Assembly (NCBI GenBank): GCA_902612605.1
Contig: CACMDY010000003.1
Location: 41,253-105,252, forward strand
DNA length: 64,000 bases
Source of the DNA: an uncultured Pelagibacteraceae bacterium
GTDB lineage: Bacteria; Pseudomonadota; Alphaproteobacteria; Pelagibacterales; Pelagibacteraceae
Direction: 5' to 3'
Shown one piece after another: positions 10,305 to 19,941 of this stretch. The notes below the pieces were generated by a model, which saw only the letters and a list, made by a program, of their open reading frames with translations, ran no database searches and had not been told where the DNA came from. The translations under genes and the position numbers were made by a program. The number at the start of each line of letters is the position of its first letter. The first letter of the stretch is position 1.

Positions 10305-10322
10305 ATAATTTTTTGAAAAAAA

Positions 10323-10346
10323 AAGCGGGCTTATAAAAGCCCGCTT
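10323..10346 (-). terminator. Intrinsic terminator after dctP
   Basis: Perfect 10-bp inverted repeat AAGCGGGCTT-ATAA-AAGCCCGCTT, followed by a long U run on the minus strand. Confidence 0.8.
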
Positions 10347-10357
10347 AATAACTTTAT

Positions 10358-11455
10358 TTATTTCTTCAACGAATTAGCATAAGCCATTCCTAGCTTAGCA
10401 TTCGATGTTTGTGCACCAGACCAGAATGGTACAGCAGTATTAGCAAAGCTTATCATTGAATCATAAACTTCTTTAAAGAATGCGTTTTCTTTTGCATTTT
10501 TCTCTAAAGTCGCTTTCGCTGCAGCCATATAAGCTGGGAAATAATCAGCTGGTGTATCTTCAAGTATCACACCATGATTTTCAGTTAGATCTTTAAGTGC
10601 TAATCCATTAGTGTTGATTCTGTAAGCTAAAGCTCTCATCAACGATGCATCAGCAGCCATCTTCATTGAAAATTTCTCATGGTCAGTGAACTTATCGTAA
10701 GTGCTTTTGTTTAAGTAAAAGTCAGCATTTACGACTACTTGGTGCAAACCTTGTAGATAGTAGTGTTTTAATACTTTATGTATACCAAACACTTTATCTG
10801 GTTGAGGACAACACCACTCAGCAGCATCAATTGTTCCTGCTTCTAATGCTGGAAGAATATCTCCACCACCCATTGCAACTGAAGCTATTCCAATGTCTTT
10901 ATAAGTTTGACCTGGAATTCCTGGAGGAGTTCTGAACTTAAATGTTCTGAAATCATCCATGTCTTTGATTTTTCTTGGGAACCATCCTAAAGCTTCTGGA
11001 CCAACTGGTTGAAGCATGAAACCTTTAATGTCTCTTTTCATTTCTCCCCAAAGTCTGTCATATAGTTGTTCTCCACCACCATATAAAAACCATGATAAGA
11101 ATGCGATGTTATCAATTCCTACACCACCACCTGCTACTGGCGAACCAAATAACATAGCAGCTGGATGTTCTCCAGACCAATAGTGAGTCCAAGCAAATCC
11201 ACAATCAATCAAACCTTTATCAACAGCATCAAGAGTTTCTTTAACTCCAACTACTGTTCCTGCTGGCATAATTTCAAATTTTAGAGATCCACCTGTTAGT
11301 TTTGTTACGTTGTCAGTAAAGTCTTTTAACATTACCGCTTCATCACCTTTAGCGCTAATAACCGTCTGACACTTTAACGTTTTTGCAGCATTTGCATTTG
11401 AAATAAATCCAAATACTAAGAAAGCAGCAAACAACGCTGAAACGATTTTTTTCAT
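10358..11455 (-). CDS. dctP: TRAP transporter substrate-binding protein (DctP; TakP-like organic-acid subfamily)
   Basis: Signal peptide; FEIMPAG.VV, DAVDKG, YWSG, KFR.P.G, EI/DILPALEAGTIDAAEW motifs. Confidence 0.88.
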   Translation of the reverse strand: MKKIVSALFAAFLVFGFISNANAAKTLKCQTVISAKGDEAVMLKDFTDNVTKLTGGSLKFEIMPAGTVVGVKETLDAVDKGLIDCGFAWTHYWSGEHPAAMLFGSPVAGGGVGIDNIAFLSWFLYGGGEQLYDRLWGEMKRDIKGFMLQPVGPEALGWFPRKIKDMDDFRTFKFRTPPGIPGQTYKDIGIASVAMGGGDILPALEAGTIDAAEWCCPQPDKVFGIHKVLKHYYLQGLHQVVVNADFYLNKSTYDKFTDHEKFSMKMAADASLMRALAYRINTNGLALKDLTENHGVILEDTPADYFPAYMAAAKATLEKNAKENAFFKEVYDSMISFANTAVPFWSGAQTSNAKLGMAYANSLKK

Positions 11456-11590
11456 TATATCCCTCTCTTTTTATTTATAATGTTAAGATCCTCTCAAAAA
11501 TCTAAGGTACATACAAGTGTCATTTCGACGTTTTTATGAGAAAAATGTTTAAAATCATTAAATATTCATTAAAGATTATTTATAATAAAT

Positions 11591-13195
11591 ATGGACAAAT
11601 TTGATTACATAATTATTGGTGCAGGCTCAGCTGGATGTGTGTTAGCTAATAGATTAACAGCAAATCCTGATACCAAAGTTCTTTTACTTGAAGCTGGTGG
11701 TAAAGACACTAATCCATGGATCCATATTCCAGGGGGTTATTTTAAGACCATGCACAATCCAGATACTGACTGGTGTTTTAATACGGAAAAAGAGCCAAAC
11801 TGTGATAACAGGCAAATGGTTTATCCAAGAGGAAAAACATTAGGTGGAAGCTCATCTATTAATGGAATGCTTTATATTAGAGGTCAATCGAATGATTATA
11901 ATTACTGGAGACAATTAGGTAATGTTGGTTGGTCGTGGGATGATGTTCTACCCTATTTTAAAAAGTCTGAAGATTTTCAATTTGGAGAAAATGAATTTCA
12001 TGGTTCTGGAGGGCCAATTGCAGTTGAGAAAATTAGAGCAACATTTAAAGTTCTCGATCTATTTTTAGAAGCTGCTGAAGAGCATGGTTATAAAAGAACT
12101 GATGATTTTAACAACGGTGACAATGAGGGAATGGGATATTTTCCATTCACAATTAAAAATGGCTTTAGATGCAGTACAGCTGTAGGTTATTTAAATCCAG
12201 TTAAGAGTAGAAAAAATTTAAAAATAATTACTAAGGCTCATATTAAAAATATAGAATTTGAAAATAATAAAGCAAAAAAAGTAAATTATTGGTTAGATGG
12301 AAAAGAATTTTCTGTTGAAACTAATAAAGAAATTATATTAAGCGCAGGTACAATTGGTTCACCTCATATATTACAAGCATCAGGAATTGGTCCTGGAGAG
12401 CTTCTAAAAGAAAATAATATTAATGTATTAAAAGATCACCAAGGAGTTGGAAGAAATCTAACTGATCATTTAATGTTAAGACCTGTTTATAAAATTAAAA
12501 ATTTAGAAACTTTAAATGATATTTACTACAGTTTTACTAAAAAAATGTTGTCTGGTTTGAAGTTTCTTCTCTTAAGAAAAGGACCTTTAACAGTTGGAGC
12601 TAGTTATGTTTGTGGTTTTGTTAAAAGTGATGAACATTTAGAAACTCCAAATCTTCAATTTCATATTTCACCAGCAAGCACAGATCTTTTAGGAAAATCA
12701 GCTTTACATAAATTTCCAGCGTTCACTCCAACAATTACAAATGTAAGACCAACAAGTAGAGGGTCTATAGAACTAAAATCTCCAGACACTAGAGTTTCAC
12801 CAAAAATAAAAATGAATTATTTATCAACTGATGAAGATCGTGAAATTGCTGGAAAAGCTTTAAAGATTGTAAGAAAAATTGTTATGGAGTCTAAAGCTTA
12901 TAAAGATTACCAACCTGAAGAGCTTAGACCGGGAATCAATATTACTGATAATGAAGAATTAGCAACAGAAGCTGGAAAATTTGCAAATACTATATTTCAT
13001 CCTGTAAGCACATGTAGAATGGGTAAAGATGAAAATGCTGTTGTTAATGATAGATTAGTCGCTCACGGACTAGAAAATTTAAGGGTTGTAGATGCCTCTG
13101 TTATGCCTCATATCACATCAGGAAATACAAATGCACCGACAATAATGATTGCGGAAAAAGCAGCTGATATGATAATTGAGGATAGTAGAAGATGA
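11591..13195 (+). CDS. GMC oxidoreductase (choline dehydrogenase/AlkJ-like; substrate unassigned)
   Basis: GAGSAG FAD motif, GGSSSINGMLYIRGQ, catalytic HPVSTCRMG and GNTNAP. Confidence 0.88.
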   Translation: MDKFDYIIIGAGSAGCVLANRLTANPDTKVLLLEAGGKDTNPWIHIPGGYFKTMHNPDTDWCFNTEKEPNCDNRQMVYPRGKTLGGSSSINGMLYIRGQSNDYNYWRQLGNVGWSWDDVLPYFKKSEDFQFGENEFHGSGGPIAVEKIRATFKVLDLFLEAAEEHGYKRTDDFNNGDNEGMGYFPFTIKNGFRCSTAVGYLNPVKSRKNLKIITKAHIKNIEFENNKAKKVNYWLDGKEFSVETNKEIILSAGTIGSPHILQASGIGPGELLKENNINVLKDHQGVGRNLTDHLMLRPVYKIKNLETLNDIYYSFTKKMLSGLKFLLLRKGPLTVGASYVCGFVKSDEHLETPNLQFHISPASTDLLGKSALHKFPAFTPTITNVRPTSRGSIELKSPDTRVSPKIKMNYLSTDEDREIAGKALKIVRKIVMESKAYKDYQPEELRPGINITDNEELATEAGKFANTIFHPVSTCRMGKDENAVVNDRLVAHGLENLRVVDASVMPHITSGNTNAPTIMIAEKAADMIIEDSRR

Positions 13196-13770
13196 CCGAA
13201 CAAATAGTAATTTTTTTTCAAATAGTTTTTATCGATTTAGTTTTAGCAGGAGATAACGCAATTATAATTGGAATGGTTGCTTCTCAATTTCCAACCGAGC
13301 AAAGAAAAAAAATTATTTTTTGGGGAATTGGAGCAGCGGTAGTTTTAAGAATTATATTTACACTAATAACTGCTTATCTATTACAAATCACAGGACTTAG
13401 ACTTATAGGTGGAATATTACTACTTTATATATGTTACAGACTTTATGTGGATGTAATTAAAATGAATAGTAACGCTGAAGAAAATATCAAAAAAGTAGAT
13501 AACTCATCATTTATGAAAGCTATAACAACTGTAATTCTAGCAGATGTAACAATGAGTTTAGATAATGTATTAGGAGTAGCGGGTGCAGCTAGAGATCACT
13601 ACATGTTATTAATATTTGGTCTAGTTTTATCAATAGTTTTAATGGCTACTGCAGCAACATTGATATCTGGCTGGATTAAAAAGTATAAATGGATAGGATG
13701 GGTTGGATTATTAGCAATATTATTTGTTGCAATAGAGCTAATATATACAGACGTAAAACTATTTATATAA
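13192..13770 (+). CDS. TerC-family (YjbE-type) membrane protein
   Basis: DLVLAGDNAIII and ADVTMSLDNVLGVAG motifs. Confidence 0.88.
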   Translation: MTEQIVIFFQIVFIDLVLAGDNAIIIGMVASQFPTEQRKKIIFWGIGAAVVLRIIFTLITAYLLQITGLRLIGGILLLYICYRLYVDVIKMNSNAEENIKKVDNSSFMKAITTVILADVTMSLDNVLGVAGAARDHYMLLIFGLVLSIVLMATAATLISGWIKKYKWIGWVGLLAILFVAIELIYTDVKLFI

Positions 13771-14529
13771 ATGTATTTAAAAAAAATTAATTTAAAAAAT
13801 AAAGTTGCTTTAGTAACAGGTGCGGGAAAAGGTATTGGTAGAGCTTGTTCTATTGCACTTGCAGAAGCTGGCGCAACAATAATTGGAGTGAGCAGAACTG
13901 CTTCTGATCTTGATAAACTTCAAAAAGATATAAAAAAAGTTAAAGGAAAATTAGTTAAAATAACTTGCGATATAATGGATTATGAAGATCTTTCTTCTAA
14001 ATTAAAAAAAATTAAGAAAGTTGATATTCTTGTAAATAACGCAGGTACAAATATTCCTGAGCCTTTCGAAAAAATAAAACAAACAAGTATGAATTATCTT
14101 GTAGATTTAAATATGAAAGCAGCATTCAATGTTGCACAATTAGTAGTCCTAAAAATGTTAAAAAATAAAAAAAAAGGTGGGTCTATAATTAATATGTCTT
14201 CACAATTAGGGCATGTTGGTATGTCAGGTAGAAATGTTTATAACATGACAAAATTTGGAATTGAGGGATTAACTAAAGGAATGGGTGTTGAACTTGCAAC
14301 AAAAAATATCAGAGTAAACACCGTTGCGCCTACATTTGTTGAAACTCCAATGGTTAAAAAATTCTTTAAAAATAAAAAATTTAAACAACTAGCTTTAAGT
14401 AATGTACCCATGGGAAAAGTTGCAACAGAGTCTGATGTAGCTACAGCAGTATGTTTTTTAGCTTCAGATGCAGCAAGTATGATAACCGGGACATCAATTG
14501 TAATTGATGGGGGTTGGACAGCAAAATAA
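13771..14529 (+). CDS. Short-chain dehydrogenase/reductase (HpsO-like features)
   Basis: TGAGKGIG, NNAG, SSQLGHVG, YNMTK (YxxxK) and RVNTVAPT motifs. Confidence 0.88.
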   Translation: MYLKKINLKNKVALVTGAGKGIGRACSIALAEAGATIIGVSRTASDLDKLQKDIKKVKGKLVKITCDIMDYEDLSSKLKKIKKVDILVNNAGTNIPEPFEKIKQTSMNYLVDLNMKAAFNVAQLVVLKMLKNKKKGGSIINMSSQLGHVGMSGRNVYNMTKFGIEGLTKGMGVELATKNIRVNTVAPTFVETPMVKKFFKNKKFKQLALSNVPMGKVATESDVATAVCFLASDAASMITGTSIVIDGGWTAK

Positions 14530-15317
14530 TGAAAAGATTGTTGCTTTTTCTAGCAATTATATTTTCTACACACTCTCATGCTTTAGAGTTTCAAGGCAAA
14601 TTTTTACAAGGACATTTTATTTTAGGTAAAGCAGAAGCTGGATCAAAGGTATTTGTAGATAAAACACAAGTTAAAGTATCTGAGGATGGATATTTTGTGT
14701 TCGGTATTGATAGAGATCGAAAGTTTGATTTAGCTATTACTGAAATAAGTAATGGTAAAAAAAATAAAATTATAAAAAAAGTTTTTAAGAGAAAATATAA
14801 TATTCAAAGAATAGATGGTCTGCCTGAAAATAAAGTTACACCACCAGAGTCTGTTTATAAAAGAATTAAAGAGGAAAATGGAAGAATTGGAAAAGCAAGA
14901 GCCATCAATTCAGATTTAACTTTCTTTACTGAACAATTTATTATGCCAGTTAAAGGAATAATTAGTGGAGTTTACGGTAGCCAAAGAATTCTTAATGGCA
15001 AACCTAAATGGCCTCACTATGGAATTGATATTGCAGCTAAACAAGGAACTAAAATTAAATCATCAGGAACTGGAATAGTGACTATGGCAGAAGATGATCT
15101 TTATTATACAGGTGGTACTGTAATAATGGACCATGGACATGGAATTTCAACGATATATTCACATCTAGAAAATGTAATGGTTAAAGTTGGTGATAAAGTT
15201 AAACAAGGAGAAATTATTGGAACTGTTGGATCCACTGGAAGATCAACCGGGCCTCATTTAGATTTTAGGATAAATTGGTTTCAAACTAGACTTGATCCTA
15301 TGAGCATTCTTCAATAA
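14529..15317 (+). CDS. Exported M23-family metallopeptidase
   Basis: Signal peptide from the ATG at 14529 (TAATG overlap with the SDR stop). HYGID (HxxxD) and GPHLDF (HxH-type) zinc motifs. Confidence 0.88.
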   Translation: MKRLLLFLAIIFSTHSHALEFQGKFLQGHFILGKAEAGSKVFVDKTQVKVSEDGYFVFGIDRDRKFDLAITEISNGKKNKIIKKVFKRKYNIQRIDGLPENKVTPPESVYKRIKEENGRIGKARAINSDLTFFTEQFIMPVKGIISGVYGSQRILNGKPKWPHYGIDIAAKQGTKIKSSGTGIVTMAEDDLYYTGGTVIMDHGHGISTIYSHLENVMVKVGDKVKQGEIIGTVGSTGRSTGPHLDFRINWFQTRLDPMSILQ

Positions 15318-15326
15318 GTTCTGACT

Positions 15327-16100
15327 ATGAAAAATGAAATTAATCGTATTGCTAATAGACTAGTAAAAGCTTTCAACACAAATACAGTTATCAACCCTAT
15401 CCCGGTAAAATATTGTAAAAATATTAATTTAGCTAACAAACTTAGGAAATTGTGTGAAGATCAAATTAAAGATGAAACAATTGGAATAAAAGCAGGCGGA
15501 ACTGGAATTCAAGCTTTAAAAAAATTAAAGGAAAAAGAACCTTTTACAGCTAAAGTTTTTAAAAAAAGGTTAGTTAAATCTGGTCAAAATGTAAAAATTA
15601 ATCAACACACTAAAGGTATAGAGGTTGAAGTTTATTACTTTATCAAAAAATCTTTCTTTGATTTTAAAGGAAAAGTTACAAAATCAAATGTAACAAAATT
15701 TATTAAATTTATGGGACCTTGTTTTGAAATAGTTGGATTTAGACAAAGAAATAAAAAATTTACATATTTGGGAGATATTTGTGGGGATTTTGGATTTAAT
15801 ATAAAATTTGTAGTTGGACGAAAAACAAAATTTAAAAAATTAAATTTAAATAATTTAAAGACTTCATTAGTAAGTAAAAAAAATGGAGTAAAAGTAGGTG
15901 GAAACACAAATATTGTTTATATTAATCCATTAAATTCTTTAAGATTTGTTTTAAATAAAGTTAAGAAAGAAAAGATTAACTTAAATAAAGATTTTTATGT
16001 TTTCACAGGCTCAACTGTGGGAGTAGTTCCATTTAAAGGAAAAGGATTATACAAAGGAACAGTTGATAAAATTGGTTCTGTCAGTGTTAACATTCGTTAA
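15327..16100 (+). CDS. Fumarylacetoacetate-hydrolase-superfamily hydratase/decarboxylase (MhpD-like, divergent)
   Basis: GIKAG, IEVEV, PCFEIV, D...DFG and VFTGS motifs at positions matching 2-keto-4-pentenoate hydratase-like proteins. Confidence 0.65.
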   Translation: MKNEINRIANRLVKAFNTNTVINPIPVKYCKNINLANKLRKLCEDQIKDETIGIKAGGTGIQALKKLKEKEPFTAKVFKKRLVKSGQNVKINQHTKGIEVEVYYFIKKSFFDFKGKVTKSNVTKFIKFMGPCFEIVGFRQRNKKFTYLGDICGDFGFNIKFVVGRKTKFKKLNLNNLKTSLVSKKNGVKVGGNTNIVYINPLNSLRFVLNKVKKEKINLNKDFYVFTGSTVGVVPFKGKGLYKGTVDKIGSVSVNIR

Positions 16101-17251
16101 TGGGTCTTCATTTTAGTAAAGAAGAATTCTCAAATAGAAAAGAAAAGACACTTAATTCTATGAAAAATGAGGGTGTAGATGCTCTTATCATGTTTAGACA
16201 GGAGTCTATGTATTGGCTCACTGGTTACGACACTTTCGGATATGTTTTTTTTCAAGCATTAGTTTTAGATCAAAAAGGTAATGTAATATTATTAACTAGA
16301 GCCCCTGATCTAAGGCAAGCACAAAACACTTCCAATATTAATGATATAAGAATTTGGGTTGATAAAGATGGTGCTAATCCTGCTGAAGATCTCAAAATAA
16401 TTTTAGATGAATTAAACTTAAAGGGAAAAAAAATTGGTGTTGAATATGAAGCATACGGTCTAACAGGAAGAAATGCATTAAGACTTAATACAGTTTTACA
16501 AAACTATTGCTCAATTGAAGATAAATCAGAATTAATTACAAAACTAAGAGTAATTAAATCTAATGAAGAAATTAATTATGTAAAAAAAGCAGCAAATTTA
16601 GCTGACAAAGCTTTAGATGAAGTTTGGAAACATGCAAAAGCAGGAGTGAGTGAGTCTAAAATTTTAGCTGAAATGAATAGAGTTATTTTTGAAGGAGGTG
16701 GAGATTATCCTGCAAATGAATTTATTATAGGGTCTGGAAAGAATGCACTACTCTGTCGTTATCAAGCAGAAAAACAAATACTTAATAATCAAGATCAGTT
16801 AACCATTGAATGGGCTGGAACTTATAGGCACTATCATTCAGCAATGTTTAGAACAATACCCATAGGAAAAGCATATCCAAAACATCATAAAATGCATGAA
16901 GCTTGCGTTGAAGCCCTTAAAAATTGTGAAAATAAATTAAAACCTGGAAATAAAATTGGAGAAGTTTTTGATGTTCATGCAAAAACTTTTGATGATCGTG
17001 GCTTTAAAAATTCAAGAATGAATGCATGTGGCTACTCATTAGGTGCAACTTTTTCTCCCAATTGGATGGACTGGCCAATGTTATACACAGGAAATCCATA
17101 TGAAATTCAGCCTGGAAATATATTCTTTATGCATATGATATTGATGGATTCTGAAAATCAACTAGCAATGAATTTAGGTGAAACTTATCTTGTTACTGAA
17201 AAAGGTAATGAAAGATTAGGTGATCAAAAATTAGATCTTACAACCCTTTGA
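16100..17251 (+). CDS. M24-family creatinase/ectoine-hydrolase-like amidohydrolase
   Basis: N-terminal creatinase domain (HFSKEE...MYWLTGY) and pita-bread domain with EWAG..RHYH, CGYSLG and GETYLVT. Confidence 0.8.
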   Translation: MGLHFSKEEFSNRKEKTLNSMKNEGVDALIMFRQESMYWLTGYDTFGYVFFQALVLDQKGNVILLTRAPDLRQAQNTSNINDIRIWVDKDGANPAEDLKIILDELNLKGKKIGVEYEAYGLTGRNALRLNTVLQNYCSIEDKSELITKLRVIKSNEEINYVKKAANLADKALDEVWKHAKAGVSESKILAEMNRVIFEGGGDYPANEFIIGSGKNALLCRYQAEKQILNNQDQLTIEWAGTYRHYHSAMFRTIPIGKAYPKHHKMHEACVEALKNCENKLKPGNKIGEVFDVHAKTFDDRGFKNSRMNACGYSLGATFSPNWMDWPMLYTGNPYEIQPGNIFFMHMILMDSENQLAMNLGETYLVTEKGNERLGDQKLDLTTL

Positions 17252-17256
17252 AATTA

Positions 17257-17727
17257 TTAATTATTAGATTTCCATTTATTATTACAATCAAAGAAAGAGA
17301 TATATTTTTCATTATCTTTAGTGTTCATGTTTTTAGTGACTTCATGAATTAATTCACCAGTTGATCTATTTAAAAAGACTGACTCTGAGTATTTTTTTTC
17401 TTTATCTATATTTTTAAATAAGATTGTGTCGTTTTTAGCAATTCTGACGTCATCCTTACTAATATCTGAATAAGTATCTATAAATTCTGATAAACCATTA
17501 ATAGTAAGTTTACTTGGTTGTGCTGCCACAACTTTTAAAACTTTTTTTTTATCAACTTCAATATTATCAGCAGTAAAAGTTTGATAATTAAAATCTTTAT
17601 TTTTGATCATTATTTTTTCTAATTTACAATCAAAAGTCATTTTAAAATCATGGATGATATCAGTATTTTTAGAAAAACTAATTGATGATGAAAAAAGTAA
17701 AATTAATATCCAAAATATAATCTTCAT
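17257..17727 (-). CDS. Exported hypothetical protein, 156 aa
   Basis: Signal peptide, two Cys near the termini of the mature chain, abuts the upstream gene. No recognisable family. Confidence 0.7.
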   Translation of the reverse strand: MKIIFWILILLFSSSISFSKNTDIIHDFKMTFDCKLEKIMIKNKDFNYQTFTADNIEVDKKKVLKVVAAQPSKLTINGLSEFIDTYSDISKDDVRIAKNDTILFKNIDKEKKYSESVFLNRSTGELIHEVTKNMNTKDNEKYISFFDCNNKWKSNN

Positions 17728-18705
17728 TTATTTACCATATCGTATTTTACCATGTAAATCGTGTGCACTTTGCCACCCATTTTCTAACCTTGGTCCTCCA
17801 AAATAATCACCACATAAACCTAATTTTAAAGACTTATTCCATAAAGATAATTGTTTAAGTCGCTTTGAATTAGATGAATACATCCAGCCATGAATTCTTG
17901 AGTGATGAATTTTTTCAATTTTTAACTTTGTTAATTTTTCAAATTTTTTAACTAGTTGATTTGTATAGTATTTTCTTTTGTTTCTATAATCTTTCGTGAA
18001 TTTATTGCCGTATTTGTATGTGCTTTGAAGTGTCCATAAATCATACTTATAATTAAATCTTTTCTTACTATTTTCATATGCAGCCCAACCAAGCATTTCA
18101 TCATTAAAAAAGTAACTACTGTTTGATTGCTTAAGCTTATTTGTAACAATCATAACTGTTAAATTAGCATCCATTTTAACTTTTTGATTTAAATAAGATT
18201 TATTTAAATATTTTCGTCCTAATTTCTTACTTTGAGGAAATGGGCAGGTCAAAATAAGGTTTTTACATTTTTGTTTTAAATCGTTTTTAAATGTTAATTC
18301 CCAATAATCATTTAATCTTTTTATATTTGTAAGCTCATGTTCAAAATTACATTTAATTTTCTTTAATAAATGTTTGCTAATAGAGTTATTTCCCTTTGTT
18401 CCAATTAATTTTAAATGATTTTTAATTTCTTTAACTGTTTTATGTAGAAATAAATGATTGCCACCCCATTTTTTTAAAACTTTTTTTTTAATGAGTTGAT
18501 TAGTGAATGCTTTAAATTTTGTAGATTTTGGAGAGATATATTGAAGTCCATGGTCAAATCCAATTTTATCTTTATATTTTTTAAATGAACTTCTTCCACC
18601 AAAACCCCTTGCTTTGTCATAAACTGCAACAGAATATTTTTTATTTAATAAATTTGCGATCGTTGATCCTGAAATTCCTGATCCTATGATGCAAAAATCA
18701 AGCAT
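17728..18705 (-). CDS. Renalase-like NAD(P)/FAD-dependent oxidoreductase
   Basis: IIGSGISG, YDKARGFGGRSS, FDHGLQY, H.W.YS and LCGDYF.GPRLENGWQS motifs. Confidence 0.82.
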   Translation of the reverse strand: MLDFCIIGSGISGSTIANLLNKKYSVAVYDKARGFGGRSSFKKYKDKIGFDHGLQYISPKSTKFKAFTNQLIKKKVLKKWGGNHLFLHKTVKEIKNHLKLIGTKGNNSISKHLLKKIKCNFEHELTNIKRLNDYWELTFKNDLKQKCKNLILTCPFPQSKKLGRKYLNKSYLNQKVKMDANLTVMIVTNKLKQSNSSYFFNDEMLGWAAYENSKKRFNYKYDLWTLQSTYKYGNKFTKDYRNKRKYYTNQLVKKFEKLTKLKIEKIHHSRIHGWMYSSNSKRLKQLSLWNKSLKLGLCGDYFGGPRLENGWQSAHDLHGKIRYGK

Positions 18706-18723
18706 GATTTGTAACTTGATTGA

Positions 18724-19896
18724 TTAACAAAGATACTCAAGTGCCTTAAGTATTCCACCTTTTTTGTAAGGTATTTTAGATTTCATTAAACCCATTTCAA
18801 CACCAGCTAATGTTCCAGCTAACATGAGTTCGTTAAAATCACCTAAGTGGCCAATTCGAAAAATTTTTCCAGCAACTTTTGCAAGTCCTGTTCCTAACGA
18901 CATATTATAGTGATCTAAAATAGTTTTTCTTAAAAAATCTGCATCATGACCATCTGGAACCATTACTGCTGTTAATGAGTCTGAGTATTCTTCTGGATTT
19001 TTACAAAGTATTTCTAATCCCCACGAATTGACTGCAACTCTTGTAGCTTCTGCAAATCTTTTGTGTCTCTTGAAAACATTATCTAAACCCTCTTCTGTAA
19101 GCATATTAATTGCTTCATCCAAACCATAAAATAAATTTGTGGCTGGTGTGTAAGGAAAGTAACCTTTTTTATTATTTTCTAACATCGGTCCCCAATCCCA
19201 GTAAGATTTTGGTAATTCAGATGTTTTATATGCCTCTAAAGCTTTAGAGCTTATTGCATTAAATGAAAGTCCTGGTGGTAAAAGTAATCCTTTTTGAGAA
19301 CCACCAACAGTTACATCAACTTTCCACTCTTCATGTTTATAATCAATAGAACCTAATGAAGATATCGTATCAACAAATAATAAAGCTGGATGTTCCGCAT
19401 TATCCATAGCTTTTCTAATTTCTCCAATTCTACTTGTAACTCCAGTAGAGGTTTCATTATGTACAGCACAAACTGCTTTAATTTTTTTATCTTTGTCTTC
19501 TTTTAATTTTTGTTCAACAATGTTTGGATCGACACCTGTTCTCCAATCACCTTCAACAAAGTCTACTTCAATTTTAAATTTTTGAGCAATATCCCACCAA
19601 AGAGTTGAGAAATGTCCAGTTTCAAACATTAAAATTTTATCACCAGCACTTAAAGTGTTTACAAGTGCAGCTTCCCAAGCACCTGTTCCTGAAGCTGGAA
19701 AAATTATTACAGGTTCAGAAGTTTTGAAAATTAATTTTATTCTATCTAAAACTCTTAATCCTAATTCAGCAAAGTCAGGACCTCTATGATCTATAGTTGG
19801 ATAATCCATAGCCCTTAGAACTCTATCTGGAACGTTTGTTGGTCCTGGAATTTGTAAAAAATGTCGACCAGGTCTTATATTATTTGAAATTGCCAT
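18724..19896 (-). CDS. Class V aminotransferase, serine/alanine-glyoxylate type
   Basis: QIPGPTN, SGTGAWEA, HNETSTG, VDTISS, PLP-Lys motif GSQKG, YTP and RIGHLG. Confidence 0.9.
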   Translation of the reverse strand: MAISNNIRPGRHFLQIPGPTNVPDRVLRAMDYPTIDHRGPDFAELGLRVLDRIKLIFKTSEPVIIFPASGTGAWEAALVNTLSAGDKILMFETGHFSTLWWDIAQKFKIEVDFVEGDWRTGVDPNIVEQKLKEDKDKKIKAVCAVHNETSTGVTSRIGEIRKAMDNAEHPALLFVDTISSLGSIDYKHEEWKVDVTVGGSQKGLLLPPGLSFNAISSKALEAYKTSELPKSYWDWGPMLENNKKGYFPYTPATNLFYGLDEAINMLTEEGLDNVFKRHKRFAEATRVAVNSWGLEILCKNPEEYSDSLTAVMVPDGHDADFLRKTILDHYNMSLGTGLAKVAGKIFRIGHLGDFNELMLAGTLAGVEMGLMKSKIPYKKGGILKALEYLC

Positions 19897-19941
19897 ACCG
19901 CTGTATATGCTAAAGAAATTATATAAGCAAATTTATAATGT

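Noticed and set aside
10358-11455. TRAP SBP as the DHPS-binding HpsK
   Set aside because: The sequence pattern looks like the TakP organic-acid subfamily. The ligand cannot be assigned from sequence alone.
2672-11489. Identical 12-mer TAATGTTAAGAT upstream of ugpB (2672-2683) and dctP (11478-11489), each also opening a tiny plus-strand MLR... frame
   Set aside because: Not palindromic, at different distances from the start codons and absent before the other SBP genes. A rough estimate makes a chance match plausible in AT-rich spacers.
11591-13195. Firm call as betA choline dehydrogenase
   Set aside because: The GMC motifs are generic and there is no betB, betI or choline transporter nearby. 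Left without a gene symbol.
16100-17251. DMSP lyase DddP or a true Xaa-Pro peptidase
   Set aside because: It is shorter than DddP and lacks the conserved di-metal ligand set.
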